Below, piece after piece: positions 32,711-42,394 of a DNA stretch of 64,000 nt. A model generated the notes under the pieces. The model was not told the origin of the DNA. It ran no database searches and was given only the letters and a program-made list of their open reading frames with translations. Position 1 is the stretch's first letter, and every line of letters starts with the position of its first letter. This stretch comes from a virus, in IMG/VR virus record IMGVR_UViG_3300027057_000001, positions 1-64,000 of that record; one strand, given 5' to 3'. The translations under genes were made by a program, and so were the position numbers.

Positions 32711-34549
32711 ATGGACCTGCGTGTCTCAGGCATGGTCTGGCTCCCGAAGAAGGAGGTGGACCCCTTACTCATCGCCCATCTGCGGGACGAGTTGACCATC
32801 ATCCCGCGCAAGGCGAAGGGCTACGACGACGTGAGGCCCGAGCCTGTGCGCTGCTACTCCGAGACCCCGTTCGAGTTCGGGGTGCCCAGGGCGTTCTGGT
32901 TCGGGACATCGAAGCAGGAGCACACCTACCACTGGGACATCTCGCTGGGGGAGGAATGGGCCGAGCCGCCCGAATGCCGCCTGACCCACGAAGGCCCCTA
33001 TGCCGAGCAGGGGGAGATCATCGACCTGTTCCAGGACAGGTTCGAGCAGGCCGAGCATGACGAAGAGGTCTCTGACCGGCGAAGCGGGCTGCTCATGGGC
33101 GGCATCTTCCAGGCTGACACCGGATTCGGAAAGACCGACACGGCGCTGGGCCTCATCAACCGGCTCCAGAAGAGCACCCTCATCATCGTCCACAAGGAGT
33201 TCCTTCAGAAGCAGTGGATCAACCGCGCGAAGAAGTGGCTGCCAGGCATCGAGGTCGGCATCGTTCGCGAGGGCCGTTGCGACTTCGAGGGCAAGCATAT
33301 CGTCGTCGCCATGGCCCAGAGCTTGGCTCTCGACGACGGGGAGCGGTATCCACAAGCGCTCTATGACTGGCCTGGGCTCCTGGTCATCGACGAGACGCAT
33401 CGCGTTGGAGCGCCGACCTGGGCACCGTTGCCGCCGAAGTTCTCGGCAGCGTTCCGGCTGGGCCTCACGGCAACGCCACGGCGCATAGATGGTGCGGACA
33501 ACGTCTTCTGGTGGCACCTGGGCAAGATCGTCTACAAGGCCCGCACAGAGACGCCGAAGCCCAACGTCCGCATGATCAAGGTGCGCTCGACGAGCCTGCC
33601 CCCGGTGGTGCAGCGGTCCAGCGTGAAGAGCCCCATCGTCATCAACGTGCTGACCAGGCTGAAGAAGCGAAACCGCATGGCTGTCACCGAGATGGTCAAG
33701 GCCCTGAAGGCACCGAGCGAGCGTAAGCTGTTCGTGCTCTCCGAGCGCCTGGACCACCTGCGGAAGCTGGAATCATCGCTACAGGCTGCCTGGGCCGAGG
33801 AGCGCGGCGCTGGAGGAGTTCCAGACGAAGACCTCACCACTGGGTTCTACGTCGGGGAGTGGTTCACGGGCGAGGTCGTTCCGAAGCTCGCACCCAGGAC
33901 GTGGCCGATGAAGGACGGAGGGCGGGAGAAGGCCATCGCCACCATCTACCGCAGCCTGTCGAGGCGGTGGAAGAAGGTCGAGGAGCTTGGGGACCTGAAG
34001 CCCATGACCTCGGTCTCGAAGTCCACCATGGAGAAAAAGCACCACATCTTCATGCAGTGGGGTGATCTCGCTGGCATTCAGGGCATCGTCACGGACGGGG
34101 ACGACGACGATAGATGGGTCCATGTCACGCTCGAAGACCTGGACGACGCTCATCTGTACGACCTGGCCAAGCTCAACAAGATCGCCCAGGAGAAGAAGGA
34201 GAAGAAGCGCAGGCGCACGGACGTGGAGCTTGAAGAGGCCGAGCGTGCGCGGGTCATCTTCGCGACCTTTCAGATGTGCGCGGAGGGCGTGGACATCCCG
34301 GCCATCGACACCGAGTTCTTGGTCACGCCCATCAGCGACGTGCAGCAGGCGAACGGTCGAATCAGACGAATCTGCAAGCCCCAGAAGGAGAAGTGTGAGC
34401 ACTACTGCCCGTGGCGCGCGGGCGTGTGCGAGGGCAAGCCCCACCCCATGGTGGCCGACATCGTGGACCTCGGCATCCCGCTCGCATCGAAGCGCGAGGG
34501 GTATCGTCGCGACTACTACGCCACGCTGGGCACGACGGTAACGGGGTAG
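32711..34549 (+). CDS. superfamily 2 helicase (UvsW/SSL2-like)
   Basis: DTGFGKT, IDETH, GLTATP, EGVDIP, QANGRIRR. Confidence 0.9.
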   Translation: MDLRVSGMVWLPKKEVDPLLIAHLRDELTIIPRKAKGYDDVRPEPVRCYSETPFEFGVPRAFWFGTSKQEHTYHWDISLGEEWAEPPECRLTHEGPYAEQGEIIDLFQDRFEQAEHDEEVSDRRSGLLMGGIFQADTGFGKTDTALGLINRLQKSTLIIVHKEFLQKQWINRAKKWLPGIEVGIVREGRCDFEGKHIVVAMAQSLALDDGERYPQALYDWPGLLVIDETHRVGAPTWAPLPPKFSAAFRLGLTATPRRIDGADNVFWWHLGKIVYKARTETPKPNVRMIKVRSTSLPPVVQRSSVKSPIVINVLTRLKKRNRMAVTEMVKALKAPSERKLFVLSERLDHLRKLESSLQAAWAEERGAGGVPDEDLTTGFYVGEWFTGEVVPKLAPRTWPMKDGGREKAIATIYRSLSRRWKKVEELGDLKPMTSVSKSTMEKKHHIFMQWGDLAGIQGIVTDGDDDDRWVHVTLEDLDDAHLYDLAKLNKIAQEKKEKKRRRTDVELEEAERARVIFATFQMCAEGVDIPAIDTEFLVTPISDVQQANGRIRRICKPQKEKCEHYCPWRAGVCEGKPHPMVADIVDLGIPLASKREGYRRDYYATLGTTVTG

Positions 34550-34603
34550 GTGTATCTTGACAATGCCATCTCAAGTGTTAGTTTGGTGTGTAGGAGGTGC
34601 GAG

Positions 34604-35197
34604 ATGGCAGAGCGCACAGAGAGCCCGCGCAAGGACTACTACGCGGACTGGTATCAGAAGAACAAGGGACGCATCTCGGACAAGCGGAAGGCAGCCTATC
34701 ACGAGGACCCGGAGTACCGGGAGAGGGTGTTGGCGCAGTCTGCCGAGCACCGAGAGCGGCAGCGAAGGACGCCACGGGTCAAGGTGCCCAGGCACCAGGT
34801 CCCGAAGCGGTACAAGACCGGGGACGGCGGCGAGGTCGTGCTCTACAGCATCGGCTTCTTCGCGATGTTCATCGGCAGGTCCGTCCAGAGCATCAACGAG
34901 TGGGAGAAGGAGAAGGCGGCGGACGAGCCGGGAGGTCCGAGACCTGCCCTGTTGCCACCGACGCCCTACATCCAGGGGACCAGGCGGTTCCGCTTCTACA
35001 CCCAGGCGATGATGGAGGCGGTCAAGGAGATGGTCGGGACGAAGAGACGTCTCTACCCTGTCGATCCCGAGATGTACGACAAGATCGTGGCGGCGTGGGA
35101 AGCGTCGGGCGTGCCCGTGGACTGCGAAGACGGCATGGAGGCCGCGCTGGAGCAGACGAAAACCGCCCAGGACGAGGCCAAAACCGCCGCACAGTGA
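34604..35197 (+). CDS. putative MerR-like HTH DNA-binding protein
   Basis: YSIGFFAMFIGRSVQSINEWE..RFYT. Confidence 0.55.
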   Translation: MAERTESPRKDYYADWYQKNKGRISDKRKAAYHEDPEYRERVLAQSAEHRERQRRTPRVKVPRHQVPKRYKTGDGGEVVLYSIGFFAMFIGRSVQSINEWEKEKAADEPGGPRPALLPPTPYIQGTRRFRFYTQAMMEAVKEMVGTKRRLYPVDPEMYDKIVAAWEASGVPVDCEDGMEAALEQTKTAQDEAKTAAQ

Positions 35198-35247
35198 GTT
35201 GACAACCCATTCTTAGTGGTTAGAATGGGTAGGCGAAGGAGAAAACC

Positions 35248-35571
35248 ATGGCGGAAGAGGCGGTAATCGCGTTCATCGACGGACGGTTCCTCCACAAGGG
35301 GAAGGAGTACGACTCCAAGGCGACCGAAGAGGTCGTCCACGTCCACAACTTCGACGGTCCCGTGGCGCGCATCCGTCGTGGGTACGGGCTCACCATGAAC
35401 CTGGGCAACTACGAGTCCGCCAGGTTCGACGTCACCCTCGAACTGCCCTGCCACGTCGAGGACATCGACACGGCGGACGAGTTCGCCAAGCGGTGGGTCG
35501 AGCAGCGGTGCGAGGCCGAGGTCGCCGAGGTGCGCGGCAACGGCAACGGCTCGTCGAAGCCAGGGTACTGA
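35248..35571 (+). CDS. hypothetical phage protein (TMNLGNYESAR)
   Basis: AAGGAG RBS; promoter at 35199. Confidence 0.7.
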   Translation: MAEEAVIAFIDGRFLHKGKEYDSKATEEVVHVHNFDGPVARIRRGYGLTMNLGNYESARFDVTLELPCHVEDIDTADEFAKRWVEQRCEAEVAEVRGNGNGSSKPGY

Positions 35572-35572
35572 C

Positions 35573-36865
35573 ATGGCGGAGAAGAGCGGTCTCGCCGCCG
35601 CCAAGGCTGCCCTGCTGAAGCAGTACGGGGAGAAGGTGATGGGCTCTGGTGAGCGCATCGCGACCAGGGACGTGCGCGTCTCGTCTGGCTCCTTCGCCCT
35701 GGACATGGCTCTGGGCGGCTCTCTCGAAGGCGGCTTCGGAGTCGTGACAGGCAGGCCACACGCCTTCTGGGGTGACAAGTCTGGTGGCAAGAGCACGACG
35801 TCGATGCGGATCGCTGGCATCTTCCAGGGGCTCTGCCGCAACTGCTGGCGACCTGCGAAGAACATCGAAGCCGTGCCGCCGACCGAGGATGAGTTGAAGG
35901 CCGACCCCGATGCCAGGTGGAGTGCGACCGGCGAGTGCGACTGCTACGCGACCGGCTGCATGGACCACGAGTGGAGCCCGCCGCCGAAGGAGACGGGTGA
36001 GAAGGCCAAGGCATACGCCGAGCGCGTGGCTGCCGAGAAGGAGGCGCTGAAGACCAACTCCTACGAGGAGCCAGTGGTCGTCTGGGTGGACGCCGAGGAC
36101 GCCTTCGAGAAGCGCTACTTCGCCAACTTTGGTGACCCGAGACGCCTGATGCTCGTCAAGCCAGAGGTCGGAGAGGACGCTGTGGACATCGCTCACGTCC
36201 TTGCGGCGAGTGGGAGCGTCGATCTTATGGTCCTCGACTCCCTGGCTCACTTCGTTCCGAAGGATGAGGTGGAGGCCAGCGCTCACGACTGGCAGCAGGG
36301 TCTTCAGGCTCGCATCGTGAACAAGGGCGTGCGGAAGTTCATCTCCGCAGCCCACGGAGCCCACCAGGGCGGCAGACGGCTCACCCAGATCTGGATCAAC
36401 CAGGTCCGCATGAAGATCGGCGTGATGTTCGGAGATCCGAGCGTCAAGCCATCGGGCATGGGCCAGGACTTTGGCGCTCACATCGAGATCCGGTTCAGGG
36501 GCTCGAAGGGCGACTTCATGTCCGAGCAATTTGGCGATGCGAAGAAGGGCGAGATCGTCTCCACCATGGTCGGCGAGACCTTCAAGTTCGAGGTCGTGAA
36601 GAACCGAAGCTGTGCGACCAAAGGGCGCAAGGGCTTCTACGAGCAGACCCCGGACGGTAAGGTGCTCGAAGACGACTACATCTACAAGATGGCCATGAAA
36701 TTCCTCGTGAAAGAGGAGAAAAAGGCCAAGGCCGACGAGAAGTACAGCCTGGGCGAGATGAAGTTCCGCACCCAGAAGGCAATCCTCGAAGCGATCAAGG
36801 ACGACCCGGTGGTGCGCGAGGCGGTTCGCAACGCGCTGCTCGCCAGATTCGTGCCGGGGTCGTGA
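35573..36865 (+). CDS. recA: RecA/UvsX recombinase with Cys-rich insertion
   Basis: SSGSFALDMALG, GDKSGGKS, VDAE, VLDSLA, QAR, INQVRMKIGVMFGDP. Confidence 0.92.
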   Translation: MAEKSGLAAAKAALLKQYGEKVMGSGERIATRDVRVSSGSFALDMALGGSLEGGFGVVTGRPHAFWGDKSGGKSTTSMRIAGIFQGLCRNCWRPAKNIEAVPPTEDELKADPDARWSATGECDCYATGCMDHEWSPPPKETGEKAKAYAERVAAEKEALKTNSYEEPVVVWVDAEDAFEKRYFANFGDPRRLMLVKPEVGEDAVDIAHVLAASGSVDLMVLDSLAHFVPKDEVEASAHDWQQGLQARIVNKGVRKFISAAHGAHQGGRRLTQIWINQVRMKIGVMFGDPSVKPSGMGQDFGAHIEIRFRGSKGDFMSEQFGDAKKGEIVSTMVGETFKFEVVKNRSCATKGRKGFYEQTPDGKVLEDDYIYKMAMKFLVKEEKKAKADEKYSLGEMKFRTQKAILEAIKDDPVVREAVRNALLARFVPGS

Positions 36866-37272
36866 TGGCGCTTCCTCGCTTCATCCAGGATGTGGCTGAC
36901 GGCAAGGCGGCGAGGGACCGCAAGCCGAAGAGGCACGAGAAGGCCACGGCCAAGGCCCTGGGCGGACGTACGCAGCCAGGCAGCGGAGCGAAGGACGGTT
37001 TCAAGGGGGATGTCCGGGAGGTGGCTACCCCGGACATGGAGTTTTTGATAGAGTGCAAGCGCACCGAGGACCAGTCTCTCAGAGTAGAGGCCCGGTGGCT
37101 GAACAAGATCACCACGGAGGCAGGCCCCGATAGGGAGCCCGCCCTGGCGATCCAGTTCGAGACCAACGTGCTCCGCAGGCTCACCAGGCCCGACCAGGTG
37201 ACGGCGGAGGCCGACTGGGTGGCTGTTCCCCGGAGCGTCTTCAAGCGGCTGCTCGATGCAGCAGGGGAGTAG
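36862..37272 (+). CDS. PD-(D/E)XK Holliday junction resolvase-like nuclease
   Basis: HE..PGSGA..KGDV..IECK. Confidence 0.75.
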   Translation: MMALPRFIQDVADGKAARDRKPKRHEKATAKALGGRTQPGSGAKDGFKGDVREVATPDMEFLIECKRTEDQSLRVEARWLNKITTEAGPDREPALAIQFETNVLRRLTRPDQVTAEADWVAVPRSVFKRLLDAAGE

Positions 37273-37277
37273 GAATA

Positions 37278-38228
37278 GTGGGTCTCGGAAGTCTGGTACG
37301 CAAAGGGCAGCAGCAGAAGCCCAGGAAGCCCACAGGGGCGCTGGAGCGACCAGACAACCTCTGGCTCCAGCCTCGCATCATGGAGGCCCTGACGAGCGTC
37401 AGGGAGGTCACGGTCAAGCCGGATATGTGGCTCTCGCCATCGGTGCTGGCTGGCTGGTGCCCGCGCGCCTGGGTGATGGCCTACCGGCTGGGCATCCCGC
37501 TCCTGGACGAGATCGGCCCGAGCAACCGCTGGTGGATGGACGGCGGCACGGCTCACCACACCCTGTTCCAGGAGTGGTGGATGGGACCGGCCAAGATCAT
37601 CAAGGGCGGTTGGGAGTGTCCGTGCTGTGGCCGGATCGAGGGCATCGACCCAGACGACGACTTCCCCGTGTACACGCACGGCGAAGAGGTTATCGACAAG
37701 GTGACGCCGAGGAGTGCTGTGTTCTGCCCCGACGTGTGCCAGAAGTGCGGCTACAAGCCCACCTGGCGTGCTCCGTTCAGGTACGTCGAGCCCATCCTCT
37801 ACGACGCCGAGATGCGCGTTGTCGGTTGGAGCGACGGCATCATCGACTGGGGGGCATACGACGACGAGCTATGGGACCTGAAGACCAAGGCAGGTCCAGA
37901 CGGCATGGGGTGGATTCGCGAGGCCCCCGACGAGGGCAACGTGAAGCAACTCAACTGGTACTTGGACCTGGCGAAGATGAAGTACGGTCGCCTGGTCTAC
38001 ATAGAGCGAGGTGCAAAGCACCTGGTGGACGCCTTTCAAGAGCACCCGGTGGAACACGATCCACTGCTCATGGCGAAGGAGAAGGAGAAGGTCATTGCCT
38101 TCCGCGAAGCGTGCAACAACCCCGAATCCAGCCTCCCAGCCTGCCCAGATGGCGGGCGTACTCGGTTCGGCCCTTGCCAGTGCCGAGAGTTGGAGAGCGC
38201 CTGGAAGGATCATCGGGCTCGACCTTGA
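37278..38228 (+). CDS. Cas4-like PD-(D/E)XK exonuclease
   Basis: SPS..WCPR, GTAHH, DGII..DLKT, QLNWY, C-terminal Cys cluster. Confidence 0.8.
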   Translation: MGLGSLVRKGQQQKPRKPTGALERPDNLWLQPRIMEALTSVREVTVKPDMWLSPSVLAGWCPRAWVMAYRLGIPLLDEIGPSNRWWMDGGTAHHTLFQEWWMGPAKIIKGGWECPCCGRIEGIDPDDDFPVYTHGEEVIDKVTPRSAVFCPDVCQKCGYKPTWRAPFRYVEPILYDAEMRVVGWSDGIIDWGAYDDELWDLKTKAGPDGMGWIREAPDEGNVKQLNWYLDLAKMKYGRLVYIERGAKHLVDAFQEHPVEHDPLLMAKEKEKVIAFREACNNPESSLPACPDGGRTRFGPCQCRELESAWKDHRARP

Positions 38229-38736
38229 ACTGGTGAACACCGGGCTGGTCGTGCTCTCCGACAGGGGCCATGTGCTCCGGTCGGCGACGTACCACTACCC
38301 CCTCACCAGCACGAAGAAGCGCAAGGTCACAGAGCGCGACAGGGTGGACCGCATCCTCCACCTCGCAAACGACATCATCGGCGTTGCCAGGACGTTCAGC
38401 GTGCAGCACATCGCCATCGAGGCGGGCGGCGCGACGTTCGGGGCCAAGAGCCAGGCCGTTCAGCGCGGCGGTCTGATGTACGTGGTGCTCACCCAGATCT
38501 GGCTCGCCTGCCACATCTTCCCAGAGACCCCGACAGCCAGTGCCACTAGGAAGAAGGTGCTGGGCTACGGCGGCAGCGGCCCGAAGACGAAGAAGGGTGA
38601 GAAGAAGGTGTCACAGAAGGAGCGGGTCATCGAAGCCCTGCGCCTGGCTGGCATCGAGTTCGAGACAGACCACGAGGCCGACGCCTATGTCGCGGCCAGG
38701 TGGATGTACGAGACCGTGAAGGAGAGGACGTCATGA
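38149..38736 (+). CDS. RuvC-like resolvase; start uncertain
   Basis: IIGLDL..TG, IAIE, RKKVLGYG, HEADA. Confidence 0.8.
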   Translation: MAGVLGSALASAESWRAPGRIIGLDLELVNTGLVVLSDRGHVLRSATYHYPLTSTKKRKVTERDRVDRILHLANDIIGVARTFSVQHIAIEAGGATFGAKSQAVQRGGLMYVVLTQIWLACHIFPETPTASATRKKVLGYGGSGPKTKKGEKKVSQKERVIEALRLAGIEFETDHEADAYVAARWMYETVKERTS

Positions 38737-39764
38737 CGAGAATCGCCAAAAAAGGCGGCGGCTATCGCGAGTTGACCGACGAGGAAGCGAAGGCCTGCAA
38801 GTCAGGCAACCTCGTCTCTCTGTCGGGTGCGAAGGGCGGCGTGGAGGTGCTGACGACAGACGAGACGGAGGCAAACAAGATCCATCTGCGCCTGATCGAT
38901 CTCGCCGCCAGGTATCACAGCACGCAGTTCGAGATCGCAGCCCTGCTCTACCGCGTCACCGAGGAGCGCCTGTTCACGGCGAAGAGCCTGGGGGCCTACG
39001 AGACCTTCAAGGAGTACGTGGAGACCGAGCTTGGCTTCTCCCTCCGCAAGGGTCAGATGCTCGCCACCATGCACTGGTGGTACTGCATCGAGAACAAGGA
39101 CGCGCCGAAGCTGCTCGAAGGAGCCCGCGAGATCGGCTGGACGAAGGCGTACCACCTGGTCAGGGTCGTCGATGCGAAGAACGCCGACAAGTGGTTCAAG
39201 ATGGCGAAGGAGATGAACGAGCAGGAGCTTCGCCGGAACGTGCGGGCGGCTCTGGAGGCTGCCGGGAAGAAGAAGGACCGGCGCATCAAAGAGACGAAGC
39301 CGAAGATGAACCCACCACCCGGCATGACACCGGACGACCCGGAGCCCGACACTCCGACCACGGAAGAAGCCGAGGAGAACGGGCAGGTCGTGGACGACGA
39401 GACTGAGTCGGAAGGACCAGAGGGCGTCGATCCTCCGACCGAGGAGCAGGTGGAAGAGGTGAGGGCCAAGGATCAGGAGTGGACCACCTACCAGCAGCGC
39501 GTGCCGAAGGAGGTCAAGGGCCTCATCGACGACGCGGTGGCGCTCGCGAAGAAGATCGGCAACACGGAGCACCCAGGCTACGCCCTGAGCCTCATCGCGC
39601 AGCACTTCCTGTCGTTCAGCCACGATAAGAAGACGGTGATGATCGGCGAGTGGCTGGCCTGGTTCGAGCGCAACACCGGCCTGAAGGTCATCGCCGTGGA
39701 CCCGAAGGACGAGAAGGTGGTCTACGGTCACGACGTCCTGAAGGGCGTTGACGCGGAGGAATGA
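38733..39764 (+). CDS. hypothetical protein, probably DNA-binding
   Basis: YETFKEYVETELGFS motif; ATGA overlap. Confidence 0.7.
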   Translation: MTRIAKKGGGYRELTDEEAKACKSGNLVSLSGAKGGVEVLTTDETEANKIHLRLIDLAARYHSTQFEIAALLYRVTEERLFTAKSLGAYETFKEYVETELGFSLRKGQMLATMHWWYCIENKDAPKLLEGAREIGWTKAYHLVRVVDAKNADKWFKMAKEMNEQELRRNVRAALEAAGKKKDRRIKETKPKMNPPPGMTPDDPEPDTPTTEEAEENGQVVDDETESEGPEGVDPPTEEQVEEVRAKDQEWTTYQQRVPKEVKGLIDDAVALAKKIGNTEHPGYALSLIAQHFLSFSHDKKTVMIGEWLAWFERNTGLKVIAVDPKDEKVVYGHDVLKGVDAEE

Positions 39765-39765
39765 C

Positions 39766-40017
39766 ATGCACGTCAGACGAGAGATGGCAGCCGACACACT
39801 GGAGCGAGCCAGGAAGGTCTTGTCCGGTTGGGAGCGCAGGCTGAAGAAGCCAGACCCCATCGTTGTTCAGCGCGACGGACAGGGGAGACCCATCGAGACG
39901 CAGCCGGTCCCGGAGGGCGCGATGGTCGTCCAGACCCTCGGCGAAGAAGACACGATCAAGCTCCGTGCCGAGTTGGCTGCCATTGCGACGACTCTGGAAG
40001 GGCTCGCCGGGACGTGA
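39766..40017 (+). CDS. hypothetical protein
   Basis: GGAGG RBS. Confidence 0.55.
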   Translation: MHVRREMAADTLERARKVLSGWERRLKKPDPIVVQRDGQGRPIETQPVPEGAMVVQTLGEEDTIKLRAELAAIATTLEGLAGT

Positions 40018-40047
40018 TAGTCTGTCCTTCAGCGGAGGTCAGAAATC

Positions 40048-41646
40048 ATGAAAACCGCGAGTCAATTCGCAGAGGAAATCAGTGCCATCACGGCAGACCT
40101 TCCGGGTGACGACGGCGAGACCGCCGCGATCACACCGGCAGAGCCAGCCCCGGTGGCCGAAGAGCTTGCCGACTGGCGGGGACCGCTTCAGGACATCCAG
40201 GTGCGCCTCCGCAGAATGATCCAGCAGGACATCGACAAGTTCATGGAGAGCGCCACGAAGATCCTCTCGGACGCCGAGAAGTCGGACTGGTCGCCCACTG
40301 TGGTCCAGAACTCCGTGGCCCGCTGGAGCCGCGACATCAACCGGGTCTACGCCGACTTCGTGAACAGCACGAAGGGGTTCCAGGGTCTCGTCAAGTCGAT
40401 GGGCATCCCGACCCGCCGTCACAGCGGCAAGGGGAAGGCCCCCGGCAAGAAGGGCAAGATGAACTGGAAGGGCTTGTCCCAGACCCAGTTGAAGAAGGAG
40501 GTTCAGCAGCAGGTCAAGCGCCTGTCGCAGGGCATCCACAGCCTAGCTGACGACGGTTCCTTCATGCTCCGCCAGATCGACCGTATCCTGAAGTACAAGG
40601 CCCCGAAGGACGAGACCGTGCGCGAGGAGATCGGCGCGCTGTTCCAGGACTTCGTGGACTTCCGCAACTCCTTCGGGTCGAAGGTGTGGGGTCCGTACAA
40701 GGGGCTCATCGGGCGGCTCGAAGCCATCCCGGCCAAGCCCATCACGAAGTACGGCAAGGAGTACGGCAAGGCCATGCGGAAGCGCCCATTGAAGACCATG
40801 CCGCCGACGCCGAGATTCGCGGCCAACGAGGACGCGCTGCCCATCGACTGCCCGGAGCTTCGCGAGGCCATCGAGCGCGACCGCCTGCGCGCCACGCGCG
40901 GCGTGCTGGGTGAGGACCAGGAGGAAGCAGCGGCGCTCATCGAGGACATCGAGGGCGAGCTTCTGGGCGAGATGGACGACGACCCCGAGAAGGGCGTGGC
41001 CAGCAAGATGAAGGCGAAGGGGTACAAGTTCAAGGTGCTCCTGAAGAAGGGGGCACCGCTCTACACGAAGACCGAGAAGGGGGCCAAGGACGTCCAGAAG
41101 GACTACCCGGGCTCCAAGATCGTCGCCAACGAGAGCGAGGAGATCGACGACCCCGCCGTCATCGAGGCAGCCGAGCACGGGAGCCTCTTCGACTTCTTCG
41201 AGGACTTCGACAGCCTCTTCGACGAGGAGCCGCTGGACGAGGGGGCCAGCGACGACGCCCCTTTTCTGAGTGAGGCAACCGAGTTCGAGAAGGGTGTTCG
41301 CGTGGCTGATGGCCCGAGCCGACAGAAGATGGCCATCCAGCAGGTCTTCGGTCACATGCGGCTGAAGGGGAACGTCGAGCCAGGCCCAGGCGGGAAGTTC
41401 ATGCACGGCGTGGCCAAGATTCCTGGCGGGCATCTGGAGTTCGACGCCGACCGCACGCGCCTGGCATGGACTGCCTTCGCCAACGGAAGCATCGTGGACA
41501 AGGGCCACAGCCCCTACGGCGGCTCCATCAACCGCATGACCAAGCCCATCGCTGCGGCGATGAAGAAGGTGGCTGCGACGACCGAGGGCAATGACCCTCT
41601 GAACGACTTCTTCGACGCCCAAGAGCGAAAGTCACTTTCGCTCTGA
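40048..41646 (+). CDS. candidate internal head polyprotein
   Basis: N-terminus MKTASQFAEE resembles the T4 capsid-targeting sequence; basic modules between acidic LxE linkers. Confidence 0.6.
   Translation: MKTASQFAEEISAITADLPGDDGETAAITPAEPAPVAEELADWRGPLQDIQVRLRRMIQQDIDKFMESATKILSDAEKSDWSPTVVQNSVARWSRDINRVYADFVNSTKGFQGLVKSMGIPTRRHSGKGKAPGKKGKMNWKGLSQTQLKKEVQQQVKRLSQGIHSLADDGSFMLRQIDRILKYKAPKDETVREEIGALFQDFVDFRNSFGSKVWGPYKGLIGRLEAIPAKPITKYGKEYGKAMRKRPLKTMPPTPRFAANEDALPIDCPELREAIERDRLRATRGVLGEDQEEAAALIEDIEGELLGEMDDDPEKGVASKMKAKGYKFKVLLKKGAPLYTKTEKGAKDVQKDYPGSKIVANESEEIDDPAVIEAAEHGSLFDFFEDFDSLFDEEPLDEGASDDAPFLSEATEFEKGVRVADGPSRQKMAIQQVFGHMRLKGNVEPGPGGKFMHGVAKIPGGHLEFDADRTRLAWTAFANGSIVDKGHSPYGGSINRMTKPIAAAMKKVAATTEGNDPLNDFFDAQERKSLSL
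41624..41642. repeat. 19-bp palindrome, copy 5 (extends to 23 bp)
   Basis: AGAGCGAAAGT-C-ACTTTCGCTCT. Confidence 0.9.
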
Positions 41647-41686
41647 TCTTGACCCATAGGCTGCCATTGTCCACAATGGTAGTGGT

Positions 41687-42394
41687 ATGGGTGACGTAAC
41701 CCCAATCCGAGGTGGTCGCATCCCGCTTGCACAGCGGATTTCGGACCTGCCCATCGTTAGCGAAGTGGACGACATGCTCCGCGAAGGGCTTTCTGCGCCC
41801 GACGTGGCCAAGCACATCCAGGAGACATTCGAGCTTCTGGCCGACGTCTCGCCCGACGTGCTTCGCAAGGCACTGAGCGAGAGGAAGAAGAACCTGCCTC
41901 CACCTCCACCTGACCCGGAACAGTGGCCAGCGGTCTACTCTCCCCCGGACACCGAGGTGGTGAACCATCCTGATGGAGCCCGACCCCCTGGGGCGCTCGC
42001 GAAGGCGCAGTACCAGCAGGCCAAGCGCGGCATCAACGTGATGCTGGAGGCCGAGTGCCTGTACCTCGCGCAGCGCGACCGCATCGACCGGCTCATCCAC
42101 AGCGAGAACCGGACTGGCGAGCCCTACGAGGACATGCCTCGTGAAATGGGGACTGCGCTGGAGATGCTGAAGACGCACGCCAAGCTCGAAGAGCAGTACG
42201 GACCCGCCGTGGACCGGATGCGATTGAGCTTGGATGTTCAGGGTGACGCGGCAACTGGGCTGGGCGGAGCTATCGCAGCCGTGATGAAGAACCCAGAGAG
42301 CCGACACAAGGTGCTCTCGATGGTTCAGCGGTTCGCGAAGCTCGCTGCACCCCCTGTCATGGATGTGGAGGCCGAGCCTGTTGGTGGCGGCTGA
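41687..42394 (+). CDS. probable terminase small subunit
   Basis: helical 235 aa ORF overlapping the TerL start; called by position only. Confidence 0.5.
   Translation: MGDVTPIRGGRIPLAQRISDLPIVSEVDDMLREGLSAPDVAKHIQETFELLADVSPDVLRKALSERKKNLPPPPPDPEQWPAVYSPPDTEVVNHPDGARPPGALAKAQYQQAKRGINVMLEAECLYLAQRDRIDRLIHSENRTGEPYEDMPREMGTALEMLKTHAKLEEQYGPAVDRMRLSLDVQGDAATGLGGAIAAVMKNPESRHKVLSMVQRFAKLAAPPVMDVEAEPVGGG

Noticed and set aside
37278-38228. CRISPR-Cas locus
   Set aside because: Solo Cas4-like nuclease in a recombination operon; no cas1/cas2 or repeat-spacer array seen
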